NCBI GenBank assembly: GCA_034780895.1
Contig: JAUZTB010000064.1
Location: 81,699,779 to 81,763,778, forward strand
Length of the DNA: 64,000 nucleotides
From: Rhynchobatus australiae
Taxonomy: Eukaryota
Reading direction: 5' to 3'
Each line of letters starts with the position of its first letter. Within the stretch, counting starts at the first letter, position 1. Below the pieces are notes generated by a model. That model did not search any database, was not told the DNA's origin, and saw only the letters and a list, made by a program, of their open reading frames with translations. Shown here in pieces: positions 51,030-64,000 of the stretch. A program made the translations under genes and the position numbers.

Positions 51030-52200
51030 TGGTGATGAATTTTTGTGTGGCCAAACCTATAGGTCCACAATAGACCCAGCCTCAGTGCAGAATCATGTCA
51101 AGCAAGGCTGTGTCATTGCTTCATGCTCTTCTCAAAGCTACACTCCACCTTCAGAAGCTTTCCACTGGAGCAGAACTAATCTACATGCTCAAAGGGAAAC
51201 CGATCAACCCACATTGCTTCCATTGCAGGACCAGGGTCATCCGAACTTCACTCATTGGGCTGCAGTATTTCAGATGACGTATATCTGCACGTTCGGGGGC
51301 TTAACTCCACATCATTATCAATACGTTCACAGAAGCAGATGAGAGAATGGGATTACACAATATTTGTAAAACAATAGGTTCTGTACCAATCTGCTACCAC
51401 TGTACAACACTATGCATGACAATAAAGGTTCATGACCAGAAGCACTTCCTGTATTTTGGGAGCCACCCCTCAGCAAAGGCAGAGGTTGATGATGAAATTC
51501 ATCACTGCCTTCAGTGTGCCAGCATAGTCTTTGACCACCTGAGGAAAAGGATTTGAAGATCAAGAACTCAAACTGAGCATTAAGCTCATGGTGCACTAAC
51601 TCCCTGTCTCCTTGTATATTTCTGAGACATGGATTACATATAGCAGTCCTAGGGAGATACCACCAACTCTTGTCTCCACAAAATCCTCCAAATCCACAAT
51701 CAGGAAAAGCAAATCAACATTATTGCTCTTTTCCAGGCCAACATCCCTGGTGTTGAGGCCTTAATAATACTCAGTTGGCTCTGATGGGCAGGCCATGTCG
51801 TTTGCATTGCCTGATATCAGACTCCTGAAAGAGACACACTTTTCTGAGTTCTGACACAAGAGAGGAAGACACAGATGATGATTCAAGGATGTTCTCAAAG
51901 ACTCCTTGAAAGAACATAACGTGCATACTAACTTGTGGGAATCCCTGGGCACGACCCCTCAAAATGGAGAAGCAGTTTCAGGATAGTCCTTGAGAACATT
52001 TGTGGGAACACACAGAAGCACAATCTAAACAGGGGAACTAGTGTGTCACCCCCCAAACTACTGTCCCATTCAGTCTAACACCTCCTGCCTCTCCACTGGC
52101 AGAACCCTTGGATTCCAAATTGGACTCCTTGTCCACCTCAGAACCCACAGGACTGTGGCAGAACAAGTCATCTTTGATCCAGAGTTATTGCCTATGAAGA
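51030..52200 (+). mobile_element. Decayed RTE-clade LINE
   Basis: VKQGCVIA, HFLYFGSH.S.KAEVDDEIHHCLQCAS and FKDVLKDSLK motifs; same family as 650-1870. Confidence 0.8.
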
Positions 52201-53868
52201 AGACCATGACTCAATTAGCTTGCACCTGTGACGACCATGAACTCAGCAAACTTCCTGGCACCACAAGGTCCCAATGTAATATACAGTGCAAAATTTAGGA
52301 CTTGGCAAGTGCACTGGTTCAAATATTTGTCAATGGATGTAATGCAACAATGCTATCAGACTGTGCTTTAGCAAACACTGTTGGGTATTCAACTAATCGA
52401 TTAAAAATGTGCAGCTTGAGCCAAAGCACTGGTTTAGCAGAAAATTTAGCAGTAAAACAGCAGAAACATTTGTTTTCTGTGAGAAAGTCAAAGAAAATTA
52501 CAACCCTCTGGTAGTGAGGCACTGCAACCTGAAATAAGAGGTCATCTATTCTCTCCTTATTTAGATTTCATATAACATTTCTCAACTGTAGGTGCAAGAT
52601 AGTAATGCCTCTGGTTGTTATGTATCACATAGAACCAGAAGAGTTTGGCGCAATGCTTGTAAGAAATCCCCATTTCCAAGCCAGTTCCAAGCTTTATATC
52701 TGAATCATTCCAAAAGTACACAATAACTTGACCTAGATTAGTTTAACTTGTAAAGGTTAGGAATACTCAGACAGATAAAGTACAACTTCAGTTTAACTGG
52801 TGTATCACTTTAACAAAACACTGTTGCTACATGTACAACCTAGAAGATCTCAAAATTGAAGAGTTTATTTTCTCCCTTAAGATAAACCAATTTAACTCCC
52901 AATTATGTCTGCTGCACTAAGGCTCACGTTTCAGATTAATAACATGCAATTGGAAAGGCATGGCCACATACTGTAGACTGAGGGGAAAGAAATTAGAAAC
53001 AATGAGGTAATGCAGAAGGTATCCGCCATTCCTGAAATGTAGAGCGAGGATGGTTACTCTGCTGTAATCTTCTTCCATTCTAAAGAAATTGGACTTCTGG
53101 TAAGCGTGCACAGTTAATCAGTGATGGGATTGAAATAAGGATTCAACATAGCAAAATTACATGTTGTAAATGAACAAATTACATTGGAAGATCATGCACT
53201 GAGAAGGGAATTTTCTCTCTACCCAAGCCATTATTGCATCAAATGCAGCACCATCCCACCACCCATGCCACATCCTCTCTTATTCCTTTCCTCATCATCT
53301 CTCCCCATCAAAGCAATGCCACTCATGCCTTAACCAGTATGACGTCAGTCTCCATGCTCAGCTTATAAGAAGGGTATTTAAAATCTCTTTGGTAATTGCT
53401 ACATAATTATTTCTACAATATATCCCTGGAGTGTGCATGCTTGGAGCAGGGAAAAGATGAAAGACTATTTAGAAAATATGTTGGCTGTTGGATCCTTATC
53501 TATGTCAACACCAGAGATAAGGTTTTAAGAGGTAATATGCAATTCTTTGAAAAACAGAATTTACTATTTAGGATTCTCTGGAACTTGAAAATATTAATGA
53601 ACATCAACTGTGAATGCCTGTGAGTGACTAAAGAAAGAGAAACAACTAATCATTTCTTCCTCCAGTGCTTATCTGATTTTCCTCTGTTGGTGCAACCAGA
53701 GGATGCCAAACATTTGCAGTTAAATCTGCCAATCCATTACAGCATGTGGAAGGGGATTAAATCTGCTTTGAAGAAAACTTGATTTTTTTTATTGAAGTAT
53801 GTTTTGTGGGACAGAAGGAAACAGCAGATTCTTCTGTTGCCATGGTAATAAACTGGACCCCTACTAAC

Positions 53869-54000
53869 CTGGAATGGTAGGTTTGATGCCAAGGAGTGCT
53901 GATCGTGCCCTGAGATATTTGCATCATGCTTGAATCCGGTTGGTTTTCAGCTAATTTTGTAGAATGCCAGGAGTGAGGTCGGGCTGTGGGTTCAGTCCGC
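53869..54000 (-). CDS. shroom3: SHROOM3 coding exon (132 bp; RRTEPTARPHSWHSTK...MMQISQG...WHQTYHS)
   Basis: Peptide matches the remembered vertebrate Shroom3 post-PDZ motif (RPHSWH..K...MMQISQG...PWHQSYHS). Acceptor tgcctccgcAG at 54002-54001; donor AG|GTTAGT at 53868; phase 2 at both ends, and AG+T of the next exon gives Ser. Confidence 0.93.
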
Positions 54001-56854
54001 CTGCGGAGGCAAATCAAAATGAAGCTTTAGAATAAGTAACAGCAAAACACAAAAAAAAAGTGTTCATTTAACAGAGTTTTACTTTTTACATGCTGAGCAG
54101 TGAATAAACTCCAGGTTTACTTTAACTCCTATATTTGTGGATCTACAAAGCGAAGCTTCTGCCTAAATTTTTTGCTGCATGATAAACTCTAGTTTCTGTG
54201 CACAGAAACATTTTCTTAAACAACTTCGGGAAATTAAGAGGCTGTAGTATTCTGAAGTAGTCTTGCTTTAATTTTCCGAGTCAGGTTTAATGTTTGCTGA
54301 TAAACACAGCCACTGTGGATTCTTCACTTCGTTTAAACCACTTTAAAAATAANNNNNNNNNNNNNNNNNNNNTTGTGTGCTTTTAGGTTAAAAAAAAGCC
54401 ATATAAACAGAATACTTCATTCCCTAGGAATGTTATATTCTATTCCACTTCCAGTCATGGTTCACAGTAACAATAAGAACAGAACAGAAACTCCACCGTG
54501 AAAGTCAACAATTCATATGCAGAATAACTCACCTGATTCTGAAACTGAAAGGTGATTGAAATTATCTAATTAACACCTGCTGTTCCCACCTCTTAACTTC
54601 AATAGTCAAAATAAAGACAACGCAGAATATGGCATTGCTAAAATAGGCTGATACTTCAGTGTAAATGACTGGATAGCACAAAGTCCCATCAGACAAGGAG
54701 TAAAGTTGCTATCAGGCAGTCAAACAGGCGAACCATTCTATAATTCCCCTGCTGAGGTGTTTTTGATCTTGGCTCTACCACCAGATGGTGATTCAGAGTA
54801 AAGGAAGAATTCGATTTAATGTCAACTGTTCTTAAAGCTGGATCGTAAGCTCACATATTTTAAAATAAAACTGTCAATCATGGTGAATATCACTTCTGAT
54901 GTGATTACAAAGGTATTTTGCAAAAACTTGCCTTTACACACACTTCCAAAGTACCTTACAGACAACAAAGTGCTCTCGAGTGGTAGAAACAGTTGTAAAG
55001 TATGATAAATGGCACCCAAGTCGGGCAATTACAAATGCTAATGTGATCTTGCTTAGATAATCAGTTTTCAACCAATATATAATATGTCCTAAAGCTTGCT
55101 TGATTAATCACATCGAAGTGTGCAACACAACTTCAAAAGGCAGCTAGTAAATAAAGGCAGGCAGTAAATAAGATTAATATGCACCACACAAGCAGACTAT
55201 TTGCCCTGCAGATTTTACTTTTAAAAGAGAACAGCAGTGTGGACCTGAGCAATAATTTTTTTAAAGAAGAAAATACACAAATCGCATCATTCAAATCAAT
55301 TTACAACAACATTTTCAGTTCCCCTTTGTAGTTTCTGAAGAAAATATAATTTGGGTGGGACAGCTTTTTGATTTTTACTTCAGATTTATTAATAATGAGA
55401 AAAAGAGCTATTGAACTTTTAGTTGCTTGAATAGCTTGTGGATTCAGTGATTAGACTAAGCAACATGCTCCACAACAGGACGTTAAATTTATTGGTTGAT
55501 AATTCAGATCAGAGATTGTGATAATAACATGGAAATACTTTTGATGAAATACAGAAAGTAATCCTCAGGTAAGATGAAAGCTTGGGACACTGAGTTAAAA
55601 CCATATGCCTGATTTATTTAAAAGCTGATAAAAGGTTTAACTCTCTGACTGCTGAACATCTCAAAAGCCAGGAGCTTAAAATCTGTTTTTTTTGTTGCAT
55701 TGTGTATGATAGTTGGTTATTATGCAATACAAAAATAGTCAATATGTTTCATATATTTTCATCATATTAACTCTTCTAGTCAAATTCTTCTGAGCTAGAG
55801 CATGATTGATCAGCACAGTTACCAAATTGAATAACCATGAAGAGAGGGATACTAAACAGTATTGCTCTGGATCCCGTTACAAAGTCAATGGAGAGATGTA
55901 TAACTGGTGACCAACATAATAATGCTAAGTTGTGCTAGTGCCCAAGAAGGGTTTCCACTCCTGTGTCAGGTAGTTAACTTTCATGGCACCTTGCCCTCAT
56001 CTGATCTTCTCCTAATCCAATGTCTACATGGAACTACTTCTGGAAAAAGATTATTGGCCAACAATCAGTAGTCTCAGCCCAGGCTGCTTTTTTTCCCTAG
56101 ACTAAGACCCTTCAATGTGACAATTGAAATATATATTCTAAACTAAATCCAGTAGACTTCAAACGTGATTTCTAAAAAGAGTGCTGCTGTGTACTGTACA
56201 CTTCACTATAATTGCACCAAGGTACAATCCACTCAAGCCTTGAATCAATTTTGAGGTTTGTTAAACGATTTCTAACATAAATCATGTTTTCATTCACTTT
56301 CCACCAAAGCAACCGTGCTGGACCACCAGAAATAAAAGATGGTAGGGGCCTTTGGGAGTAGATTCATGTTTTGTGTTTTTTGAAGTTCTTTCTCCCCTTT
56401 GTGTACCACAGGCATAAAATATTGATGCACAAAGTAATTACAGAGACCACATACATTTTAAAGTTGTATTATTGTGGAGATGATAGATCATTGGAACATA
56501 TCTTTGCTGCTTGCCTCTGACTTGCCTATAGGTTTTGAATTGTTGACAGTGAGTGCACCCTCTTGAACAAGACATCAAAACAATCTGGAGTACACAAATG
56601 ATCACAGCAGTGGAACACTCAAGGTCTAGGTGAAACACACAAAACATACAATGCAATTTATTCTGTCCCTTAGTTTCAAACTACATTGGATTTAATAGTG
56701 CATTAGGGTTACATTCAAGCAATGTGAGACCATGTGCTCCATATAGTCTCATACAACTCCTCCAAGGTCAGGAGCACACTGGAGAATTATTGTGTCACTC
56801 TTGCATTGTTGTGAAATGAAAATCACTTCCCAGGAATGCAAAAGTGGTACTAGA

Positions 56855-58425
56855 GTTTTTTTTATTCATTCAAGAGATGTGGACTTTACAGGTTAAGCCA
56901 ACATTTAACTGCTCATCCGTCATTGCCCTTGAGAAGGTCTTGAACTCCTGCAGTCCTGGAGTGTGGGTATACCCACAATGCTGTTAGGGAGGGAGTTCCA
57001 GGCTTTTGACTCGATGATGGTGAAGGAGCAGCAATATATTTCCAAATCAGGATGTTGTGTGGCTTGGAGGGCAACTTCCAGGTCGTGGTCTTCCCATGCT
57101 TTTGCTGCCCTTGTTCTTCCAGATGGTAAAGATCATGGGTTTGGAAGCTGCTCTCTAAGGAACCTTGCTGAGTTGCTGCAATGCATCTTGTAGATGGTAC
57201 AAACTGCTGGTACTGTGATTCGGTGGTAGAGTGAGTGAATGGTTATGGATGGATGCGATGTCCTGTATGGTGTCAATCTTCTTGAGTATTGTTGAAGCTG
57301 CACTCATCAAGGCAAGTGGAGAGAAATCCATCACGCACCTGACTTGAGCATTTGAGGAGTTAGGAGGTGAGTTACTTGCCACCGGATTCCTAGCCTCTGA
57401 CCTGCTCTCGTAGCCACATTGTGTATATTCACAACAGCTGGATATTTGTACTTTTAAAAGTGGGGCGATGTAATTAAGTAAAGCTTTTCTTCAGAGAAAT
57501 ATTATGAGACTGGTGTTTCATCCATTGCTGAAGATGTGGGAACGGAGGGATCTTTACAAAGAATTCGATCACCTTGATCTAAAGCTTTTCCATTCTGTTT
57601 CTATGGGATCACTGGAATTCTCTATCCTTATGGAGGCTGGATCATTGGGGATATTTTAAGAGGAAGTAAATAAACTTTTGAAAGGTCAGGGAAATGAGAG
57701 CTATGGGGAACTGGCACGGAAGAGGAGATGAAGTCTGGGACAGATCAGCCCTGATCATGTTGAATGGCAGGGCAGGCTTGAGGGGCTGATTCTGCTCCTA
57801 TTTTCTAATGTTCTTATGTTTCCTGTGAACAGACTGAACATGTTAGAGGCTATCCTTCAGCCAAAATGTAGGAAAATGGATTGGCTACAACTTGCTGTGT
57901 CTCATGATGCTCCTCAGAGGGCTGACACCACAGATATTGATGAAAATCCTAGGTAAGGAGACATATTTTTCAAGCTCTTTGCTGGCCTTAGCACCATGCT
58001 GCAGTGTAGAGTAATGTCTTTTATGATTTCCTACAGTACAGTGTGCATAGATTATGAAGAGAGTAAATTGTTTGACANNNNNNNNNNNNNNNNNNNNNNN
58101 NNNNNNNNNNNNNNNNNNNNNNNNNNNNNNNNNNNNNNNNNNNNNNNNNNNNNNNNNNNNNNNNNNNNNNNNNNNNNCTCTCGTAGCCACATTGTGTAAG
58201 GCTACTCCAGTTCAGTTTCTGGTCAATGGTCAACCCCCAGAATATTGATAGTGGGGAATTCAGTGATAATAATGACATTGAATGTCAGGGGTGATAGCTG
58301 GATTTTCTCTTGTTGAATCTTGTCATTGCTCAGCACTTGTGTGGTACAAATGTTACTTGTCACCTCTCAGCACAGGCCTGGATATTGTCTAGGTCTTGCT
58401 GCATTTGGATGTGGATTGCTTGTAC
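56855..58425 (-). mobile_element. LINE 3' fragment interrupted by a + strand CR1 tail and other sequence
   Basis: Remnant peptides (LTIDQKLNW; AQVRCVMDFSPLALMSAASTILKKIDTIQD) on both sides of an insert bounded by a 21-bp direct repeat. Confidence 0.7.
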
Positions 58426-60164
58426 ATAGCAGTTTGGCAGGGCATTTAAACTTTCCTTGGGCATTTATACTTTTCTTACATCTCTGTGATGCACCTCCAA
58501 CATTAAAAGTCATATACCAATGCAATTTGACTCTGATATTTTCAAATATTGCTATTAGTCCCTTATGTCTTGAGGGTAAAAATATTAAGATTTACTGACT
58601 TTGCAGAGAATATTTCATTCACCTTATCATACAATGACAGAAAAAAGCTTTGCGGAAATTTGTATTAATTTCAGAAGGATTCTTTGCACCAGTCCTCAAT
58701 ATTCCTCAAAAACCCAACTTTGTCAGTTCCTTCAGTCTTCTTTCTACAATATAGTTTTTGACAGTAATCTAAGCATTGTTATGATTTGCATTCTCTTCCA
58801 ACATTTATATGCCAAATTCAATATAAATCTCATGTCCAATATAAAGGGAGTCCAAAAAGGACTTCATAAATATACAGGAGGGAAATGGTCCATTGGGCCA
58901 GGAAGGAAAAGGCCAGTTGGGACAAAAGAATGGTAAAAAAAATTCTTCAAAGGTGAAAAGAGGGGTAAAGATAAAGATAGCAGCAAAGGAGATCCAAAGA
59001 TTACCCCCCAGCTCCTTCCACCTTTGTGTTCTTATCTTATGTCATACGTTGGTTTGAATTAAAACTAACCAAACCAGATAATTTCTAATCTCACGTTATT
59101 TTTTGTAATACAGATAAAAATACAACCTGATCTTTCAGGCAATTTGTAGCAGAGACTGAAAGTGATTGCATTAAACAAACATTATTATCAGGCTGAAGAA
59201 GAGTTTTTCCAGGACCAAAACTGTGCAGAAAATATACAAACTTTGAGGCATAAAACCATGGGGATCTGGGCCATCCTCCCTTAGAAAATGTTTGTGATAG
59301 TGATGCGAATTTTTTTTAACAATGTAAGCTTCCTAGATCACGTTCAATGGTTTTATCTAAAAGAAAAGCAAAGCAGTGAGATATTTGGATTTTTAAAAGC
59401 ATGGCAAACTGTTATTTACAAGAGTTGTGTCAACAGACACAATGCTACATCCAGACCCCACAGCTTCAGTATCTTTCTGACCTTGGATCCAATGCACTCT
59501 CCCAGGCCATTTTTGGGCATTCTTCTTCCTCTCCTCCTCAATCATCTTATTACTCTTGCCCGGTAAAGCAGGTATTCCTCTTCCGTCACCTCTTCTATCC
59601 AGTTTCAGTTGTAACTCTTCCCACTAATGCAAGTGTATGGGAAAACCGTGGGAATGTACCTATAAGTTTTTAGCCACACACGTGTGAAGCCCATCAGTGC
59701 TGTATGGAATCTTGTAAAACTCCCATTTCTGATATAACCAGCAATAATAAAAGCTTTCAACTTTAATAAACTATGTAATATATCTCCGTAATAACACGAT
59801 TAGAGAAAAAATTGCATTACTGATCTCTAACAGCATTTCATCTTTCACTTAAGAATTTATTCGCTAACCCTATTCATTTGAGCATGAAAGAGGCCGCCTC
59901 TCAAATATTGGAAAAGTTGCCAAATATTAGAAAAGTTGCCAAATATTAATGCTGCTTTGCTCAAATACATCTCCTATCAAGCTGTTCAAGGAAGGTTGAC
60001 ATGTTAATATCTCTGGACCAGGAAGTTTGAACCTAGCCTGAGGACATGCTATAAAAATGGTTTCATCATTCAGTGGACTACCGCTAGATCAGATGGCATC
60101 TGGGCTGTTTTTGGTTGCACTCAGGGCAAAACAGAAAGCACAATGGCCACATGATGTTAAGCAC

Positions 60165-61502
60165 GGAATCACAGAGTTGTACAGCACAGAAACTGGCCCT
60201 TTGGCCCACTGCGTCTATACCAACCATCATGCCTATCTATACTAATCTCACTTGCCTGCATTAATTCCATATCCCTCTATGCTGTGCCCATTCAAGTACC
60301 TGTCCAGATGCCTCTTAAATGTTGTTACTGTTCCTGCCTCCGCCAGTTCCCCTGGCAAGCTCTTTCCAGATACCAACTACTCTCTGTGTGAAAAATGTAC
60401 CCCTCGGGTCCCCTTTAAACCTCCTCCTTCTCACCTTAAGCCTATGCCCTTTAGTTTTAGACCCCCCCCTACTGTGGGAAACAGACACTGACTATCTGCC
60501 CTTTGCATGCCTCTCAGCCTTCTTTGCTTCAGGGAAAACAGACCCAGCTTGTCCGGCCTTGCCCGATTAACTCAAGCCCTCCAATCCAGGCAACACCTTT
60601 GTGAATCTTTTCTGCACCCTCTCTAGCTTATTCATGTTAATCCTATAGAATGGTGACCAGAACAGCACACAAAGTGCAGCCTAACTAATATTTAGTAGGA
60701 CTCTCATACTCAATGTCTGAGCCCATGAAGGCAAGCATGCCATACGCCTTCTTCACCACTCTGCCTACCAGTGTTTTCGTTTTCAGAGAACAATGTACTT
60801 GTACTCCTCGGTCTCTCTGTTCAACAACACTCCCCAGGGACCTTGACATACATTGTATGTTCTCCCTGGTTTAACTTCCCAAAATGTGTCATTTGTCTCT
60901 TGTCAAGTTAAATACCATCTGCCATTCCCTTGCTCACTTTCCCAGTTGATTTATACCCTGTTATAACCTTAGACAACCTTCTTCACTGTCCACTATGCTA
61001 CCAATTTTGGTGGTATCTGCAAACTTATTGCAGATAAGTTTGCAGATAAGTATGTACATTGCAGATAAGTATGTACATTGCAGATAAGTATGTACATTGC
61101 CACATACAATGTTACCCAAATCATTAATATATATGAAAAAGAACAGAGGACCTAGCACCGATCCCTGCGGTACATCACTGGTCACAGCCTCCAATCTGAA
61201 AAAACAACCCTCCAGTATCACCCTCTGCCTCCGACCACCAAGCCAATTTTGTATCAAATTTGCTAACTCACCCTGAATCCCTTGTGTTCTAATCCTCCAG
61301 ATTAGCCTACCATGCGGGACCTTGTCAAAGGCCTTGCTAAAGTCAATGTAGACAGCATTAACCGACCTGCCCTCATCAATCCTCTTGGTCACCACTTCAA
61401 AAAACTTCAAATTTGCGAGACATGATTCCTCACACACAAAGTCACACTGACTATTCCAAATTAGTCCTTGGCTTTCCAAGTACAAATAAATACTGTCCCT
61501 CA
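60165..61502 (-). mobile_element. CR1 LINE RT and 3' end
   Basis: YIDFSKAFDKVPHGRL, VPQGSVLGPL, YINDL, KFADTTKIG. Confidence 0.92.
61028..61100. repeat. 19-bp minisatellite (TTGCAGATAAGTATGTACA)x3 plus partial units
   Basis: Exact units at 61040-61058, 61059-61077 and 61078-61096. Confidence 0.95.
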
Positions 61503-62691
61503 GCCAAGCCGTGCAAGCACAAGTGGGCAATTTTCATACTTGCTCGCAGTATTGGGACTGGGTAGCAAAATTCTCTGGAGCCTGCTGCTGTTTGGAACAT
61601 TTGACGTTGTTTTCAGGAAAGTTAATGCTTAATCTCAGGGTAGATTTTAACTTTGAGCTTTTTGATTATCGTCTCCTCTCTGTTAATCACCACACCTAAT
61701 CCATGGTTACTAATTCCTGCCATGTTTACACAATTCCTTTCATGTCAATTTACAGGTGCACTTGGCTGGTTCTCTTGTAAAGGCCTTAATTCTACTCAGA
61801 AAGTTGTCTCTGCTCAACCACCTACCTTTGGTTTTACCCTCTCAGATATATTGGTATTGGTTTATTATTGTCACTTGTATGAGGTACAGTGAAAAACTTG
61901 TCTTGTATTGCGTTTGTACAGATCAATTCATTACACAGTGCATTGAGGTAGTACAGGGTAAAACAGTAACAGAATACAGAGTAAAGTGTCACAGCTACAG
62001 GGAAGTGCATTGCACAATCTTTCACCATTAAAAGAAAATATTCAGCATTTCTAGTTTTTTCTGCTTGAAGTCAATAACCACCCCTCCCCCACTTTGCTAT
62101 CTGCTGTTGTGTTGCCCACTCACTCTACTTGTCCCCTTGAAGCCTCTTTGCAACCTCATCACATTCTCACTTATTTTCATCAGCAAACATGGAAACGTTA
62201 CATCTATTCCCTTGAGCCAAATCATTGGTATAGATTATGAATAGTTGGTCAACAAGCACCGTTGCTTTCTGTTCCCCACTGGTCACAGCCCGTCAATCTT
62301 AGTAATTTCAAGGTTTCTCTCTGTTAACCAACTCTCAGTCTATGCCAATATATTACCTACAATTCTGTGAGGTTTAAGCTTGTTCACCAAACTCCTGTGT
62401 CGCACCTTGGCCATCTCTGACTTGTCTACATTCTGCCTCAATAATCTAACAGGTGCCAGCACTTGGACTGTGGGGTGTGGCCAATAACATCTGGTGCTTG
62501 TCTTTCTGATGGAACGGGGTGTTCACTATGACAAGGCTGTGCTTGAGGCATTTTGTCAAGAGTAGGAGCCTCAAAAAACGGAGTTTCTCTGTCCTGGACT
62601 AACTAGGACAATAGATATGGGGATTCCTGGTGGTGTCCACAAGCCCGAAATTAACAATTTAATAAAGCAAATATTCTTGTATGTTTCAACC

Positions 62692-62886
62692 TCATAGAAC
62701 ATAGAACAGTACAGCACAGGAGCAGGCCCTTTGGCCCACAAAACACGATGACGAATTAAACTAAATCTCTTCTGCCTGCACATGATCCATATCCCTCCAT
62801 TCCCTGCATATTCACATGTCTGTCTAAAAGCCCCTTAAACACCACTAGTGTATCTATTGCTGCCACCACCCCTGGCAGCCTGTTCC
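62692..62886 (-). mobile_element. CR1 3' terminal fragment
   Basis: CATAGAACATAGAACAGTACAGCACAGG tail and FKGLLDRHVNMQGMEGYG. Confidence 0.8.
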
Positions 62887-62986
62887 NNNNNNNNNNNNNN
62901 NNNNNNNNNNNNNNNNNNNNNNNNNNNNNNNNNNNNNNNNNNNNNNNNNNNNNNNNNNNNNNNNNNNNNNNNNNNNNNNNNNNNNN

Positions 62987-63535
62987 CACTGATTGCGGTC
63001 TGTTGGTCAGAAAGTCAAGGATCCAGTTACAGAGGGAGGTGTTGAGTCCTAGGTCTCGGAGTTCGGTGATGAGTTTTCTTGGAATTGTAATATTGAAGGT
63101 AGAGCTGTAGTCAATAACCAATAGTCTAACAGAGGTGTCTTTACTGTCCAGATGCTCCAGAGATGAGTGTAGGGCCAGGGAGATGGCGTCCACTGTAAAC
63201 CTGTTTCCGCGGTATGCAAATTGGAGTGGATCAGTTTTCTGGGAGGCTGGAGCTAACACGTGCCATGACCAGCCTCTCAAAGCACTTCACGATGGTGGAT
63301 ACTAGAGCCACTGGACTGTAGTCATTAAGGCATGTTACCTTGTTTTTCTTAGGTACCGGGATGATAGTGGTCTTCTTAAAACAGGTGGGAACATCAGATT
63401 GAAGCAGGGAGAGGTTAAGTATGTCTGCATATACCCCCGCCAGCTGATCAGCACAGTATCTGAGGACATGGCCAGGGACACCATCCAAGCCAGATGCTTT
63501 CCTCGGGTTCACTCTCCGGAAGTCTTATCTTACGT
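62987..63535 (-). mobile_element. Rex1/Babar-type LINE reverse transcriptase fragment
   Basis: [73 protein letters not shown], with one frameshift. Confidence 0.88.
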
Positions 63536-64000
63536 CCTCAATAGTGACCATGGGTTCATTTGCATTGGAGGCAGTTAGTGGGCAACGACAAACCACATCT
63601 TACGCCAACCCACTCCACTTGGAAATACTTTACATCATTCTCTCCACCTAACTGACTGGAATGAAGGTGTGGCCTCTACCAACAGATCTCATCTTTGACT
63701 TTGCCACTACCTCTTATCTTTAATGGCAGAATCTCAACCTGTTCCAATACAATCATCAAGTCTTTAAGATCCTTGTCACATGCCAGTCCCAAAGGTCTCA
63801 ATAGTATTTGGGACCATGTGATCATCTCAAAAGTTGTGAGTTTTCTCCATGGTTATTCCCTCACTATCCAAAAGAAAGCTGGGTCTGCGATAGTGCAATG
63901 TCAGGGTTTATCTTATTCTGTTCCTGTCACAGCTCCTGTACACGAGAAGATATCAAAATGGATAGCAGGCAAAATGTAGTGATTTTGCTTCCCTGATACT

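Noticed and set aside
53340-53347. Perfect CRE site TGACGTCA
   Set aside because: A lone 8-mer is expected about once per 64 kb, and another copy lies inside a CR1 near 13990.
59902-59948. 19-bp tandem duplication around GAAAAGTTGCCAAATATTA
   Set aside because: Ordinary two-copy slippage duplication with no spacers, so not an array.
54600-64000. Search for PDZ-encoding or other upstream SHROOM3 exons
   Set aside because: No matching peptide recognised; these exons probably lie outside the window.
1-64000. CRISPR arrays, operons or prokaryotic defence systems
   Set aside because: The sequence is a spliced vertebrate locus with no repeat-spacer arrays or bacterial-type genes.

Overview
Vertebrate genomic DNA, not prokaryotic. 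The repeat content (CR1, RTE and Rex1-type LINEs, V-SINEs, Penelope-derived termini) suggests a cartilaginous fish; this is an inference. The assembly is a draft with many N gaps. The single protein-coding gene is SHROOM3 on the minus strand. I reconstructed eight phase-consistent GT-AG coding exons: 54000-53869, 45161-41843, 36975-36872, 33932-33093, 29090-28596, 26850-26694, 25048-24776 and 22900-22464 (stop). Together they encode roughly 1,880 aa, including ASD1 (actin-binding) and ASD2 (ROCK-binding). I found no PDZ/N-terminal exons in the window, so they probably lie beyond 64000. A likely poly(A) signal is at 20866-20871. The rest is intronic or intergenic and mostly decayed transposons. 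The most notable non-genic signal is about seven dispersed, decayed minimal hammerhead-ribozyme motifs in Penelope-derived termini, some arranged as palindromes either side of the giant exon. Other points are an abrupt CpG-island-like shift inside that exon, a candidate microexon or alternative first exon, and gap artefacts that mimic a frameshift. I found no convincing wholly new biological system.
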